Shown one piece after another: positions 30,447 through 39,720 of a stretch of DNA of 64,000 nucleotides. This DNA is from Sedimentisphaerales bacterium. Its GTDB lineage: Bacteria; Planctomycetota; Phycisphaerae; Sedimentisphaerales; SM23-30. The stretch lies in assembly GCA_963666285.1 (NCBI GenBank), contig OY762711.1, one strand, 5' to 3'. The translations under genes and the position numbers were made by a program. The notes under the pieces were generated by a model. That model worked only from the letters and a program-made list of their open reading frames with translations, made no database searches and was not told where the DNA came from. How positions within the stretch are numbered: position 1 is the stretch's first letter; the number at the start of each line of letters is the position of its first letter.

Positions 30447-31697
30447 TTATTTTCTTAATTTATCAACCCATTCCTTAAATTCTTTTTCTTCTTTCTCGTC
30501 AAGTTCTTTTATTTCAGCCTCTCTTGCTTTTTTCCTCTCCGCGACAATTTTATCTGCATCAATCCATGGGGTATCCCACTTTGCCTTTTTTCGGTATTCC
30601 TCATCTTCACGTTCTTTTTTTCTATTCTCAAACATCCTGTCATTTTTCCTTCTTTCTAATTTCACTCTGCACTGCTGAGCATCCTGTCGATACTTTCTTT
30701 CCATATCATTATAGCTCTTGAAATAAAGCAAATTCCTTTTTCCATAAGGATTAGTATATGAAGAATAATTAAGATCAACAAATAACTCACCAAGCACTCT
30801 CGTACCAACTTCAAAATCGATACGTGAATAGTATTTACCCTCTTGTCCCTTTATATACAAATAAAACAACTGTGATGGCAAACCGGCTTTATCATTAACT
30901 TTTTTAGGGTTGGTCATCGAATTCTCATATAAACATTTGGCTTCATAGCCTTCCTCCGGAGCTTCATCCAACTTTTTGTCCGATAAAAAACAACCAGAAT
31001 TCCCACTCTTCGACTCAAAAACAAGACTGAATTTTGAGTTATCTTCTGAAATCGTACAAGTTATTAATAGATCATTATTAGAACCCAATTCTTTCTTATC
31101 TAAGTTCCTGTATTCACCATAAATACTAATCCATTTCGGAAAATATACCGGTTCAAACGTAGATACACTCTTGTCAAAACGGAATGTTCTACACTGATTA
31201 GTTACAAGATAGGTTGCTTCGCTGACATTTTTAAGATAATAAAGCACAGGAGCATCTGAATTATTATTGATTGTAGAATGTAGTTTGTAATTAAAACCTC
31301 TATTCTCGACATTCTCTGCTACTATATACTCATAACCTTCTTTTTCTATATTATCAATAAACAGCCAGTGCCCTTTTTTGCCTTTGAGCGAAAAAACACC
31401 GTCGCTGTTTGTGGTTGACTTATATGCAGTATCAGTTTCTCCGCCGGTAAAGCTTTTCTGAAAATCTCTTACTTTTAACGTAACTGTTGCACCCTCAACC
31501 GGGTTATTCTCATGATCTACTACCTTTCCCCAGAAATTAATCTTTGTGCGGCTGCTGCTTACCTTTTCTTTTTGTTTTTGAATAAGCTGTCCCCTGCGGT
31601 CAGCTTCAAGATCACCGGGCTTTTTTTCAACCTCTGTACAAGACACCAACAATACAGATAGCCCGCCTAAAAGCATAACACTTAAAATGTTTTTCAT
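30447..31697 (-). CDS. hypothetical lipoprotein with a carboxypeptidase-regulatory-like domain, paralog B
   Basis: Lipobox LVSC; INFWGKVVDHENNPVEGATV; same C-terminal EIKELDEKEEKEFKEWV as paralog A. Start taken at MKNILS. Confidence 0.75.
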   Translation of the reverse strand: MKNILSVMLLGGLSVLLVSCTEVEKKPGDLEADRRGQLIQKQKEKVSSSRTKINFWGKVVDHENNPVEGATVTLKVRDFQKSFTGGETDTAYKSTTNSDGVFSLKGKKGHWLFIDNIEKEGYEYIVAENVENRGFNYKLHSTINNNSDAPVLYYLKNVSEATYLVTNQCRTFRFDKSVSTFEPVYFPKWISIYGEYRNLDKKELGSNNDLLITCTISEDNSKFSLVFESKSGNSGCFLSDKKLDEAPEEGYEAKCLYENSMTNPKKVNDKAGLPSQLFYLYIKGQEGKYYSRIDFEVGTRVLGELFVDLNYSSYTNPYGKRNLLYFKSYNDMERKYRQDAQQCRVKLERRKNDRMFENRKKEREDEEYRKKAKWDTPWIDADKIVAERKKAREAEIKELDEKEEKEFKEWVDKLRK

Positions 31698-31756
31698 GAC
31701 CAATCCCTTCAAAATTGTATTCACACTCAATCTTTATCACACAATATATTTAGACA

Positions 31757-32386
31757 TCATAAACTATAACTGCCGTTAATACCCAGTATAACAACCTCAC
31801 ACCCGGCCTTCTCGGAAAAATGCTCGGCATCAGATTTATTACCCACAATATCTCCCCAATGATACGGTATTGCCGCTGTCGGTTTGATTATCCCAACAGC
31901 CTTGGCTGCTTCTACTCCATCCATCGTATAAGTTCCGCCCACCGGCAGCAGCGCTGCATCAATCTCACCCAGCTCACCCATCTCATCTATTACATCAGTA
32001 TCACCCGCATAATATATACGCTTGCCATCGATATTTACTATAAAACCAAGCCAGTTATTCTCCTTAGGATGAAAATGTTTTGCCGGGTTATATGCACGGA
32101 CCGCCTCAACCTTGACCCCGTAATACTCAAAACTGTCACCCGGAGCCACCGCCGTTCCACAATCAGCCCGGCATATTACATCGTTCGAGCTGTATAACCG
32201 GCCGTCATCTGACAGTACCTTTGCCACATCATCTTCTGAATAATGATCGTAATGACTGTGGCTTACCAGTATCAGCTTGCCGTCGCGAGGGTCGCCTTCA
32301 AGCTTCCATGGATCTATGTAAACCACTTTATCATCAGCATTTATCCTGAACGACGCATGTCCAAACCATTTAATTTCAACACTCAT
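31757..32386 (-). CDS. MBL-fold metallo-hydrolase (UlaG-like)
   Basis: WFGHASF, SHSHYDH, YYAGDT, PVGGTYTM, IPYHWG. Confidence 0.9.
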   Translation of the reverse strand: MSVEIKWFGHASFRINADDKVVYIDPWKLEGDPRDGKLILVSHSHYDHYSEDDVAKVLSDDGRLYSSNDVICRADCGTAVAPGDSFEYYGVKVEAVRAYNPAKHFHPKENNWLGFIVNIDGKRIYYAGDTDVIDEMGELGEIDAALLPVGGTYTMDGVEAAKAVGIIKPTAAIPYHWGDIVGNKSDAEHFSEKAGCEVVILGINGSYSL

Positions 32387-32433
32387 ACCAGGCTCCTATT
32401 TTATTTAATCATAAGCTACTTATTCTTGATTAC

Positions 32434-32733
32434 TTACTCCAAATCAGGAATCCCACGAGCTGCATGCCATATCCGCATAATACCTATGGAGTTATTATTT
32501 AAATCAACAAAATAGACAATTCGATATGGACATAGTATTGATTCCCTGATTGTTTCATCCTTTTTCTCCGGCACGATTCTATTTGAAAAAGGATGTATGC
32601 TTGCTAACTCAATTCGATTTATAACTCTATCTGCTAAACTGGATGCAGCATCAATATCATCACGTGAAATATACGAAACAATCTCTCGCAAATCTTCAAT
32701 AGCAGTCTCTGACCATATTACTTTGAAAGCCAT
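32434..32733 (-). CDS. type II toxin, RelE/ParE family
   Basis: VIWSETAIEDL..I..YI..D..AA, RE...PYRIVY, RIWHAAR; overlaps the antitoxin gene. Confidence 0.88.
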   Translation of the reverse strand: MAFKVIWSETAIEDLREIVSYISRDDIDAASSLADRVINRIELASIHPFSNRIVPEKKDETIRESILCPYRIVYFVDLNNNSIGIMRIWHAARGIPDLE

Positions 32734-32903
32734 TTCTTCAGGCTATCCTTAACTTCCTCATGCGGAACAACCCTACCAGACTTAATATCATTAAGACCTT
32801 TATCTATTGCGGCAAGAAACCTTATCCGCTCTTCAATATCAGACCAGCTAACAGTGTCAGGTAGCTCCTGGATTGTCTTTATTGCCATTTCTTTACTAGT
32901 CAT
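32718..32903 (-). CDS. putative antitoxin
   Basis: 61 aa, LPD..SW.DI...I.KGL.DI..GRVVPHEEV, directly upstream of and overlapping the toxin. Confidence 0.8.
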   Translation of the reverse strand: MTSKEMAIKTIQELPDTVSWSDIEERIRFLAAIDKGLNDIKSGRVVPHEEVKDSLKKWLSK

Positions 32904-33044
32904 GTTTATATTATATCATCTATGACTCACGATAGCAAAGTAAACATAAATCAATATAAAATATATGATTACAGCAATTACACTTACTGGCCGGAAAAAA
33001 TATTTCAAATATTAATTTGCATTGTCTCAATTAATGATACAAAA

Positions 33045-33065
33045 TGTATTAGTAGGATTAATACA
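33045..33065. promoter_or_regulatory. YtrA-type GntR operator
   Basis: Perfect palindrome TGTATTA-N7-TAATACA 21 bp before the ATG at 33087; a weaker TGTCTCA..TGATACA site lies just upstream. Confidence 0.7.
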
Positions 33066-33086
33066 ATTTGTACGGAGTACAGCATT

Positions 33087-33506
33087 ATGCCATTATGGAT
33101 TCAAATAGCACCCGGCTCAAAACAACCTGTCTACAAGCAGATTTTTGACCAGGTTTCACAACAGATCGCTCAGGGCAAGCTCAATACCGGCGACAAGCTC
33201 CCGGCAGTACGGAACCTCGCCGCTGAACTGGTTGTTAACCCCAACACAGTAGCACGGGCTTATTCCCTGCTCGAACAGAAAGGACTTGTCATTACCAAAA
33301 CCGGTGCAGGAACCTTTATCAGCGACCCCAAACTTAAGGACCCGGACATGCAGCAGATCAGCATTATCAATGATCGATTTGACAACCTTATCTCACAGGC
33401 CGTCAACATAGGCATGACCGGCGAACAGATCAGGGAATTATTCGAAAAAAGACTTAGCCAGTTCAATAAACTGGATGATATTCACGGAGATAAAACTAAT
33501 GACTAA
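33087..33506 (+). CDS. GntR family regulator, YtrA subfamily
   Basis: PVYKQI..GDKLPAVRNLA..VNPNTVARAY..G.GTF. Start moved to the ATG at 33087 (GGAG RBS). Confidence 0.9.
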   Translation: MPLWIQIAPGSKQPVYKQIFDQVSQQIAQGKLNTGDKLPAVRNLAAELVVNPNTVARAYSLLEQKGLVITKTGAGTFISDPKLKDPDMQQISIINDRFDNLISQAVNIGMTGEQIRELFEKRLSQFNKLDDIHGDKTND

Positions 33507-34425
33507 TCCATACGCTATCGAGACTAATGACCTGACCAAATATTACGGCACTTCCGCCGCGGTCGATCATCTCAACCTCAAAATCCCTTACGGCAGTATA
33601 TACGGGCTGCTCGGCCGAAACGGTGCCGGCAAAAGCACAACCATCCGCATGCTGCTGAACTTTGCTCGCCCAACCTGCGGCACATGTAGTATCGCCGGCT
33701 GTGACAGCCAACAGCTTACACCTGAGCTGCTTACAAAAATTGGCTATATCAATGAAGGACACAAACTCTACGGATCTATGAAGATCAAAGAGATCCAGCA
33801 ATACCAGGCCGCCTTCTTCCCCGACACATGGAACAGCAAGCTTTTCGATGAAATGATCGATTTCTTCGAACTGTCAAAAAACAAAAAGATCAAAAAACTC
33901 TCCAACGGTCAGCGAGCACAGGTATCGCTCGCACTCACACTCGCACCCGACCCTGAGATACTCATCATGGACGACCCAACCCTCGGCCTCGATGTAGTCG
34001 TTCGACGCCAGTTTCTCGAAGGTATGATCAAGCTTATCCAGCGAAAAGGCCGGACAATACTATTCTCCAGCCATATCTTGAGTGATGTAGAACGAGTCGC
34101 TGACCATATCGCCATTATCGATCAGGGACGCCTCAGGGCAGACTGCACCACCGAAGAATTTCGCTCTGCCGTACGCAAGCTTATCATACATTTTGACAAC
34201 ACACCTCCTCAGGAAATGAATATCCCAGGACTGCTTCATCATCGCTGTAACGAACATATTATCGAAGCAATTCTGATAGCACCGCCGGAAGATGCTCTCA
34301 ACCAATGGTGCAAAGACAACAACGCAAACATTCACTCAGAAGTTGAAATGTCACTGGAAGATCAGTTTATCGAATACACCATAACACCAACTAAACGACA
34401 CTTGTTCTCATGGGATAAATACTAA
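33499..34425 (+). CDS. ABC transporter ATP-binding protein (YtrB-like)
   Basis: GRNGAGKST, LSNGQ, ILIMDDP, SSH, SLEDQF. Confidence 0.92.
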   Translation: MTNPYAIETNDLTKYYGTSAAVDHLNLKIPYGSIYGLLGRNGAGKSTTIRMLLNFARPTCGTCSIAGCDSQQLTPELLTKIGYINEGHKLYGSMKIKEIQQYQAAFFPDTWNSKLFDEMIDFFELSKNKKIKKLSNGQRAQVSLALTLAPDPEILIMDDPTLGLDVVVRRQFLEGMIKLIQRKGRTILFSSHILSDVERVADHIAIIDQGRLRADCTTEEFRSAVRKLIIHFDNTPPQEMNIPGLLHHRCNEHIIEAILIAPPEDALNQWCKDNNANIHSEVEMSLEDQFIEYTITPTKRHLFSWDKY

Positions 34426-34440
34426 TACCGGGAGTCAAAA

Positions 34441-35157
34441 ATGAACAAATATACCGCAATAATCCAAAAAGAATTAAAATATATCATACCACTAACAATT
34501 ATTACTATCTTGGTTTTCGCAACTTTAAACTACTCTAGTGGAAAAGGCCACTTCAGCAACAATCATTATATCCAAAAACAAACTGATAGATTTATAACAC
34601 TTGATGACTCACCACACTCAGGGTTCAAATTCAAAAACAATAAACTTTCAAGTGGGATATTAGAATACCTCGGTTTGCCTGCTATATACTTGATAGAATG
34701 TTTTTCATCTTTAGCTATCATTTTAGCTCTTATACAATTCTGGCTGCCCTCTTTTCGCGGCTATTGGAAATTCACATTACATCGCCCTGTAAAACGTCAA
34801 ACAATTATCATTCTATACCTGGCGACAACAATAATAACACTTTTCTTGACAAATGGCATATGCTGGACATTATTATGTAACTATATGGACACCCAAACAC
34901 TGATTCCCGTTGAAAATTATATCATTCTTATCGGTTGGAAATTTGGATTAATACCATTAATATGCTACACAACTATATCGTTAATAGGACTTATACAAAA
35001 AATATCACAGATTGCAAAAATACCAATTGTCCTGGCTGCATTGATTATATTAGCATTTATAAATCAATTCAATGCCCAAACTATCTTGTTAATTATTATC
35101 TTTCTGATAATGACACTGCCTTTAGCAATATACAGATTCACTACAAACGAATACTAA
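34441..35157 (+). CDS. probable ABC-2-type membrane component
   Basis: KELK N-terminus, about 6 TM segments, and LHRPV.R loop; follows the ATPase. Confidence 0.65.
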   Translation: MNKYTAIIQKELKYIIPLTIITILVFATLNYSSGKGHFSNNHYIQKQTDRFITLDDSPHSGFKFKNNKLSSGILEYLGLPAIYLIECFSSLAIILALIQFWLPSFRGYWKFTLHRPVKRQTIIILYLATTIITLFLTNGICWTLLCNYMDTQTLIPVENYIILIGWKFGLIPLICYTTISLIGLIQKISQIAKIPIVLAALIILAFINQFNAQTILLIIIFLIMTLPLAIYRFTTNEY

Positions 35158-35177
35158 TCCCTCGAAAGGAATTTATA

Positions 35178-36746
35178 ATGAAATATTTTAGCCAGTATAC
35201 TAAATCATGCCAAAGCATATTATTTGCCCTATCGATATTTTGCATACTATATATTCTTGCTCAATTAACCGGGGGACTTATTGCCAGCCGCTTCAGACCA
35301 ATAGAAGCATCAGATGAAAAATTACTTATTGATGTCGACAGCAACATTATGCGGCTGAACGAATTCCCAAGGTTATATACTTCAGACGGCAAAATAGTTC
35401 TCTATGCTGCAAATGAAGACAAGATTTCTTATGAAATATACAATCCTGAATCCAACACATTCACTCCGGCATCGCCCATTGACCAAAACAACATTATACA
35501 TGAATCACTTAATATCAAAAGATCTGTCACTCCTGGAAGACTTGCGTTTAACATAAGGGCAGATATAACAATACCTATTTATGAAAACCAGACTCCGACT
35601 CTGTGGCACTATGACAAGGAAAAAATGTATTTTACAGCATATCGCAATAGAAAAACTGTCGGCTACCTCGACCAAAGCGGATTCAAGGATTCTTTAAATA
35701 CTATCACTAAGTTCAATTGCCAAACACAACATATTTGGCTGGATGACACAAAAAGCAATAATGAAACTAAAAACTTTATTATGATAACTCAACAAAACGA
35801 TGGATTATATCTCACAAACTTCATCAAAAAAGAACATAAATTAATATACCCGATAAACAGTGCTGATAAAATCACAACTTGGAATGTGTATCCGGATAAT
35901 GCAAATCAAAACAAAATATACAACATTGACACAAACAAAATAAATACATACAGCAGCACACCTGACATCATTATCATCCAATATAACAACAAAGCCCCAG
36001 AACTATTAACCTGCAACGGAGACACATTTAAAGCAGTAAAACTAAACATCCCAAATATAGATTACGACTATTATATTACTGCATATTTCGACAATAACCC
36101 GAATAATTTATACCTTGAATTTACAGAAAATAATCTTCAGCAGTTTGCTCATCTTCCAGAGAATATACGATACAAAAAAATTTACTACTTTTTAAACTAT
36201 GAATGCACACGCACAACAAATATTGATTCCAGAATAAAAAAACAGCTTTATAGAGTTGATATAGATAACGGAACTTCTGAAAAGCTTAATGATTACACAT
36301 TCATCTCGGCCAGCGCTATGCCTGTTAATTACATTCAATACAATAACATCAATATTTTCACTAGAGAGGTAATCCAATCATTCATACCGTTGGCAACTGC
36401 CGGCCTGACATTTTTCAACACTTTCTGGCAATTACTCGTCTCATTCGAACTCTATATAAATGTGTATACCTATATCCTTTCTCTGCTTTGTACCGCACTT
36501 GCTTTCTACCATATCCGCAACCGAAAGCGGTCCCAGGCATCAATGTACAGCTGGCTTATCTTCGTATTCCTCTTCAATCTCGCCGGACTGCTGACATACC
36601 TCATCTTTAACCACTGTGCCCTGGCCAAATGCCGATCCTGCGGCAAACCTCGCCACCTGCAAAGTGACAACTGTCCCCACTGCAATTCTCCATTACCAAA
36701 ACCGGAATTCATGCCTACTGATATAATCACTGCTCGAACAGCATAA
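35178..36746 (+). CDS. membrane protein with a large extracytoplasmic domain and a C-terminal zinc ribbon
   Basis: N-terminal TM, three C-terminal TMs, CRSC..CPHC. Start taken at MKYF (AAGGA RBS). Confidence 0.65.
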   Translation: MKYFSQYTKSCQSILFALSIFCILYILAQLTGGLIASRFRPIEASDEKLLIDVDSNIMRLNEFPRLYTSDGKIVLYAANEDKISYEIYNPESNTFTPASPIDQNNIIHESLNIKRSVTPGRLAFNIRADITIPIYENQTPTLWHYDKEKMYFTAYRNRKTVGYLDQSGFKDSLNTITKFNCQTQHIWLDDTKSNNETKNFIMITQQNDGLYLTNFIKKEHKLIYPINSADKITTWNVYPDNANQNKIYNIDTNKINTYSSTPDIIIIQYNNKAPELLTCNGDTFKAVKLNIPNIDYDYYITAYFDNNPNNLYLEFTENNLQQFAHLPENIRYKKIYYFLNYECTRTTNIDSRIKKQLYRVDIDNGTSEKLNDYTFISASAMPVNYIQYNNINIFTREVIQSFIPLATAGLTFFNTFWQLLVSFELYINVYTYILSLLCTALAFYHIRNRKRSQASMYSWLIFVFLFNLAGLLTYLIFNHCALAKCRSCGKPRHLQSDNCPHCNSPLPKPEFMPTDIITARTA

Positions 36747-36818
36747 GATAAAAACCAATGGTCGCGGGGGTTATATTTGTAAAAACATCCTACATCTCCC
36801 CTCGCGGCCAAAAAGCTG

Positions 36819-38825
36819 CTATCTGTTTTTATACAATTTAAGATCTCTGCCATTCAGCCTGGCCGTCATACCCGCCATCTTACTACTGACACTCGTTGCC
36901 ACATCGCCAATAGCAAAGGTCGTTTTCGGAATTATGAACCTGTTAACTTTTATACTTATACTATCCAGCTGCTTGGCAAAAGCCTTCTCACGCAGCCTGT
37001 CTATCTTCTCTTTATAAATATCAATCTTAATGAGCAGCTGCTTTATCTCTTCCAGCTTACCGATAACCTCTCTCTTGGTCTCCGGCTTCAGCTTTGCCAA
37101 AAGCTCAACTGCATCCGCCGAACTAAAATCAATACATATGCTCTTTTGCAGCAAAACAACTTCCGCCTGAAGTTTTGATATAGCAGCTTTGGCATTCTCG
37201 AGCTGAATACACATCTCCTTATCACCGCCACAGGCTATTATTGTATTCTCTGTGGTCGTACCAACCGAATCAATTTCCGCGCTGCCCATAACCGATATCA
37301 TACTGCCCATTACTGCCCCACGCTGATTGCCGGTTACCCCTCGACCCAGTACACACAGGTTTCCTCGACAACTTATCTTTGCTCCATAGACATATCGCTG
37401 AACTGTCAGATCTCCTGTAACACGGATATTTGCTTCCTGTACATATCCTATATCTGCATCATTCCTGACATAAACCAAACCTTTTTTTGTAAATACACCT
37501 TTCCGAACTACCAGGCTGCCGCATCGGACTTCAACATTATTTTCAATACTGCCGTTAACTATCAACTCATTTCTACATTCAACCGAAAAACCGTTCAAAA
37601 TATTACCTTTTACAAATATTGATGAGCCATGCGTAATATTACCCGTATCCGGGCCAACATCTCCATTGATAAAAAATGTGTCCGTAACCGATATCAAATT
37701 ATTATTGTAGGCCAGGCAGCCGTCACTCTTGGCATATAGCAATACCTTTTCATCACTTTCCTGCACCTGGATATTATCACCTATCTTAATTTCCTTAGAC
37801 TTCGCACTAATCGCTGGAATTTCGTCACCATAAACGTCAATTCCCGGTATACCCTCTACCGACAATGTTATCTCTGCCAGTAACTCGTCTTTTTTCACCA
37901 TCGTATAAAAGGCCTTACGCATAAAGTCTATTATACTGGTCTCGCCGCTATGCTTATCCCTCTCTGCATCAACACAAATATTAATTTCTGCATTCTTGCC
38001 CTGTATCGGCCTGCGACCCTTGGCCACAACAATTTCGTCTATTATATTACCTTCTGCCTGGACCTTATTTATCCTGTCGATAACTTCCATCAGTTCACAG
38101 CTCAGCTGATCTGCTAAAACAACCTCCTGGTATTTTTTAGCATAATAATTCATAAGCTCCTTATAATCATATTCTCCCACCAACGGTAAAATCACAAAAC
38201 TGATTGTTATGCGATCTGCCGAATATTTAAACGGAGAAATAACATGAACACACATCTGGTCGTCTATCGCAAGATAACCTGTTTCTTTCGCTATAAACGA
38301 AACACCATCGACCATCTCTACAATTGCCACATTTCGGCCTGGCTTTAGTTTTATCGGCATATTCTGTTTCTTCAGCTTGCGGCCAAATATGTCTTCCTGG
38401 TCAGCTTCTTTTATACAACACAATACCGAATCTACCCCCACAAAACGAGACTTAAAATCCACAGTCGGAATTTCATCCCCTTCTACCATGACTTTATAAA
38501 CCTTACGGGCAAAATCTATTTCACTCATCACCTCCTGAACTGTCATACTTCCCGAATTCTGAAATGATATCTCATGCTTGATACGAGCTTGTGCCGCAAC
38601 CAGATCTGTTATCGGCTCACCGGTTTTATTCGACCATTCTACTGCCGTATCTATTGCAATAACATCAATATGGTTAACTACACCACACGCCGATAGCTTT
38701 GATATCACATTATCAGAAGTTATTTTCTCGCCAAATACGTTCTCTGCCGCCAGAAAGGCTACTTTTGCCTGGCTGCCGTCTGGCTCACATAGTATTTCTT
38801 TTTGCGGACTCACCAATGACATCAT
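36819..38825 (-). CDS. FapA (DUF342) family protein
   Basis: AKGRRPIQGKNA, G..G.DVYG..I, INGDV..TGNI...G.I.V.GNI beta-solenoid, then a coiled coil. Confidence 0.8.
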   Translation of the reverse strand: MMSLVSPQKEILCEPDGSQAKVAFLAAENVFGEKITSDNVISKLSACGVVNHIDVIAIDTAVEWSNKTGEPITDLVAAQARIKHEISFQNSGSMTVQEVMSEIDFARKVYKVMVEGDEIPTVDFKSRFVGVDSVLCCIKEADQEDIFGRKLKKQNMPIKLKPGRNVAIVEMVDGVSFIAKETGYLAIDDQMCVHVISPFKYSADRITISFVILPLVGEYDYKELMNYYAKKYQEVVLADQLSCELMEVIDRINKVQAEGNIIDEIVVAKGRRPIQGKNAEINICVDAERDKHSGETSIIDFMRKAFYTMVKKDELLAEITLSVEGIPGIDVYGDEIPAISAKSKEIKIGDNIQVQESDEKVLLYAKSDGCLAYNNNLISVTDTFFINGDVGPDTGNITHGSSIFVKGNILNGFSVECRNELIVNGSIENNVEVRCGSLVVRKGVFTKKGLVYVRNDADIGYVQEANIRVTGDLTVQRYVYGAKISCRGNLCVLGRGVTGNQRGAVMGSMISVMGSAEIDSVGTTTENTIIACGGDKEMCIQLENAKAAISKLQAEVVLLQKSICIDFSSADAVELLAKLKPETKREVIGKLEEIKQLLIKIDIYKEKIDRLREKAFAKQLDSISIKVNRFIIPKTTFAIGDVATSVSSKMAGMTARLNGRDLKLYKNR

Positions 38826-39720
38826 TTACACTCCGATAAAAAAACTATCTCTTTTATCCTTGTTATAGCCTGAACTTTATCTGGTTTACACTCGGGAAAT
38901 GCCTTCTTATCCATCTATCCTAAACCCATTTCTAATATTTCGTACTTTCTTTCAACCAGGCCAAGTCTATGACCAGCCCGGATAACACAATAGGTACATA
39001 TACCCATGGTAGTTGGAAATGCCCGTTCGAGCATGGTATAAATGATTACATTATCATTACTCACCTTCCGAGCGACCGGACAAAACCATACACTATGTGC
39101 ATATATCACAATTTTCTCCGCAAACCACCTGCCACACAATCAATACAAACTTAGCCCCTGCCTGTCTTTTACCATCGAATAAATTGACCTCCAATATTAT
39201 ATTATACATTTTTCATGTCAATATTTTCAAAAACAGTTCATAGAACTCTGTTGCCATATACTGGGTGCATAATAGTAATAACTAACAGAACTGGTATTTT
39301 CACAACTCGTTACTGTATACAATAACAAAATAACACCTGAGATATAATCCTTTAAAATATACATATTTGCGGCTATAGCACTAATTATAAAGTATTTCGA
39401 CTATTATAATTTGCGCAAATATGATGTAGGACAAAATCTTTCATACGGCAATTGATTTAAGTATTCTCTATAAATATTTAATAATAAAAGTACAATCTGA
39501 TCGATCAATTATAGGACACAAAATGGAAGATCTCGAACAATATCACTTCATACTTCCGAAACATTGTTTACATAATTCCCGACATTTAGGTACAAACATT
39601 TATAGACATATCGAAATACATCAGCAGAAGCATTTTACAAATAAGAAAAGAAGAATTATAAATACTTCTCAATATAGATAATCCATCAACTTAATACTGA
39701 AAATAATTATTTTTCAAATT

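Noticed and set aside
28900..32920. Lipoprotein pair + TA module as a discrete genomic island
   Set aside because: No integrase, tRNA or flanking direct repeats were seen, and an ordinary MBL gene sits in the middle.
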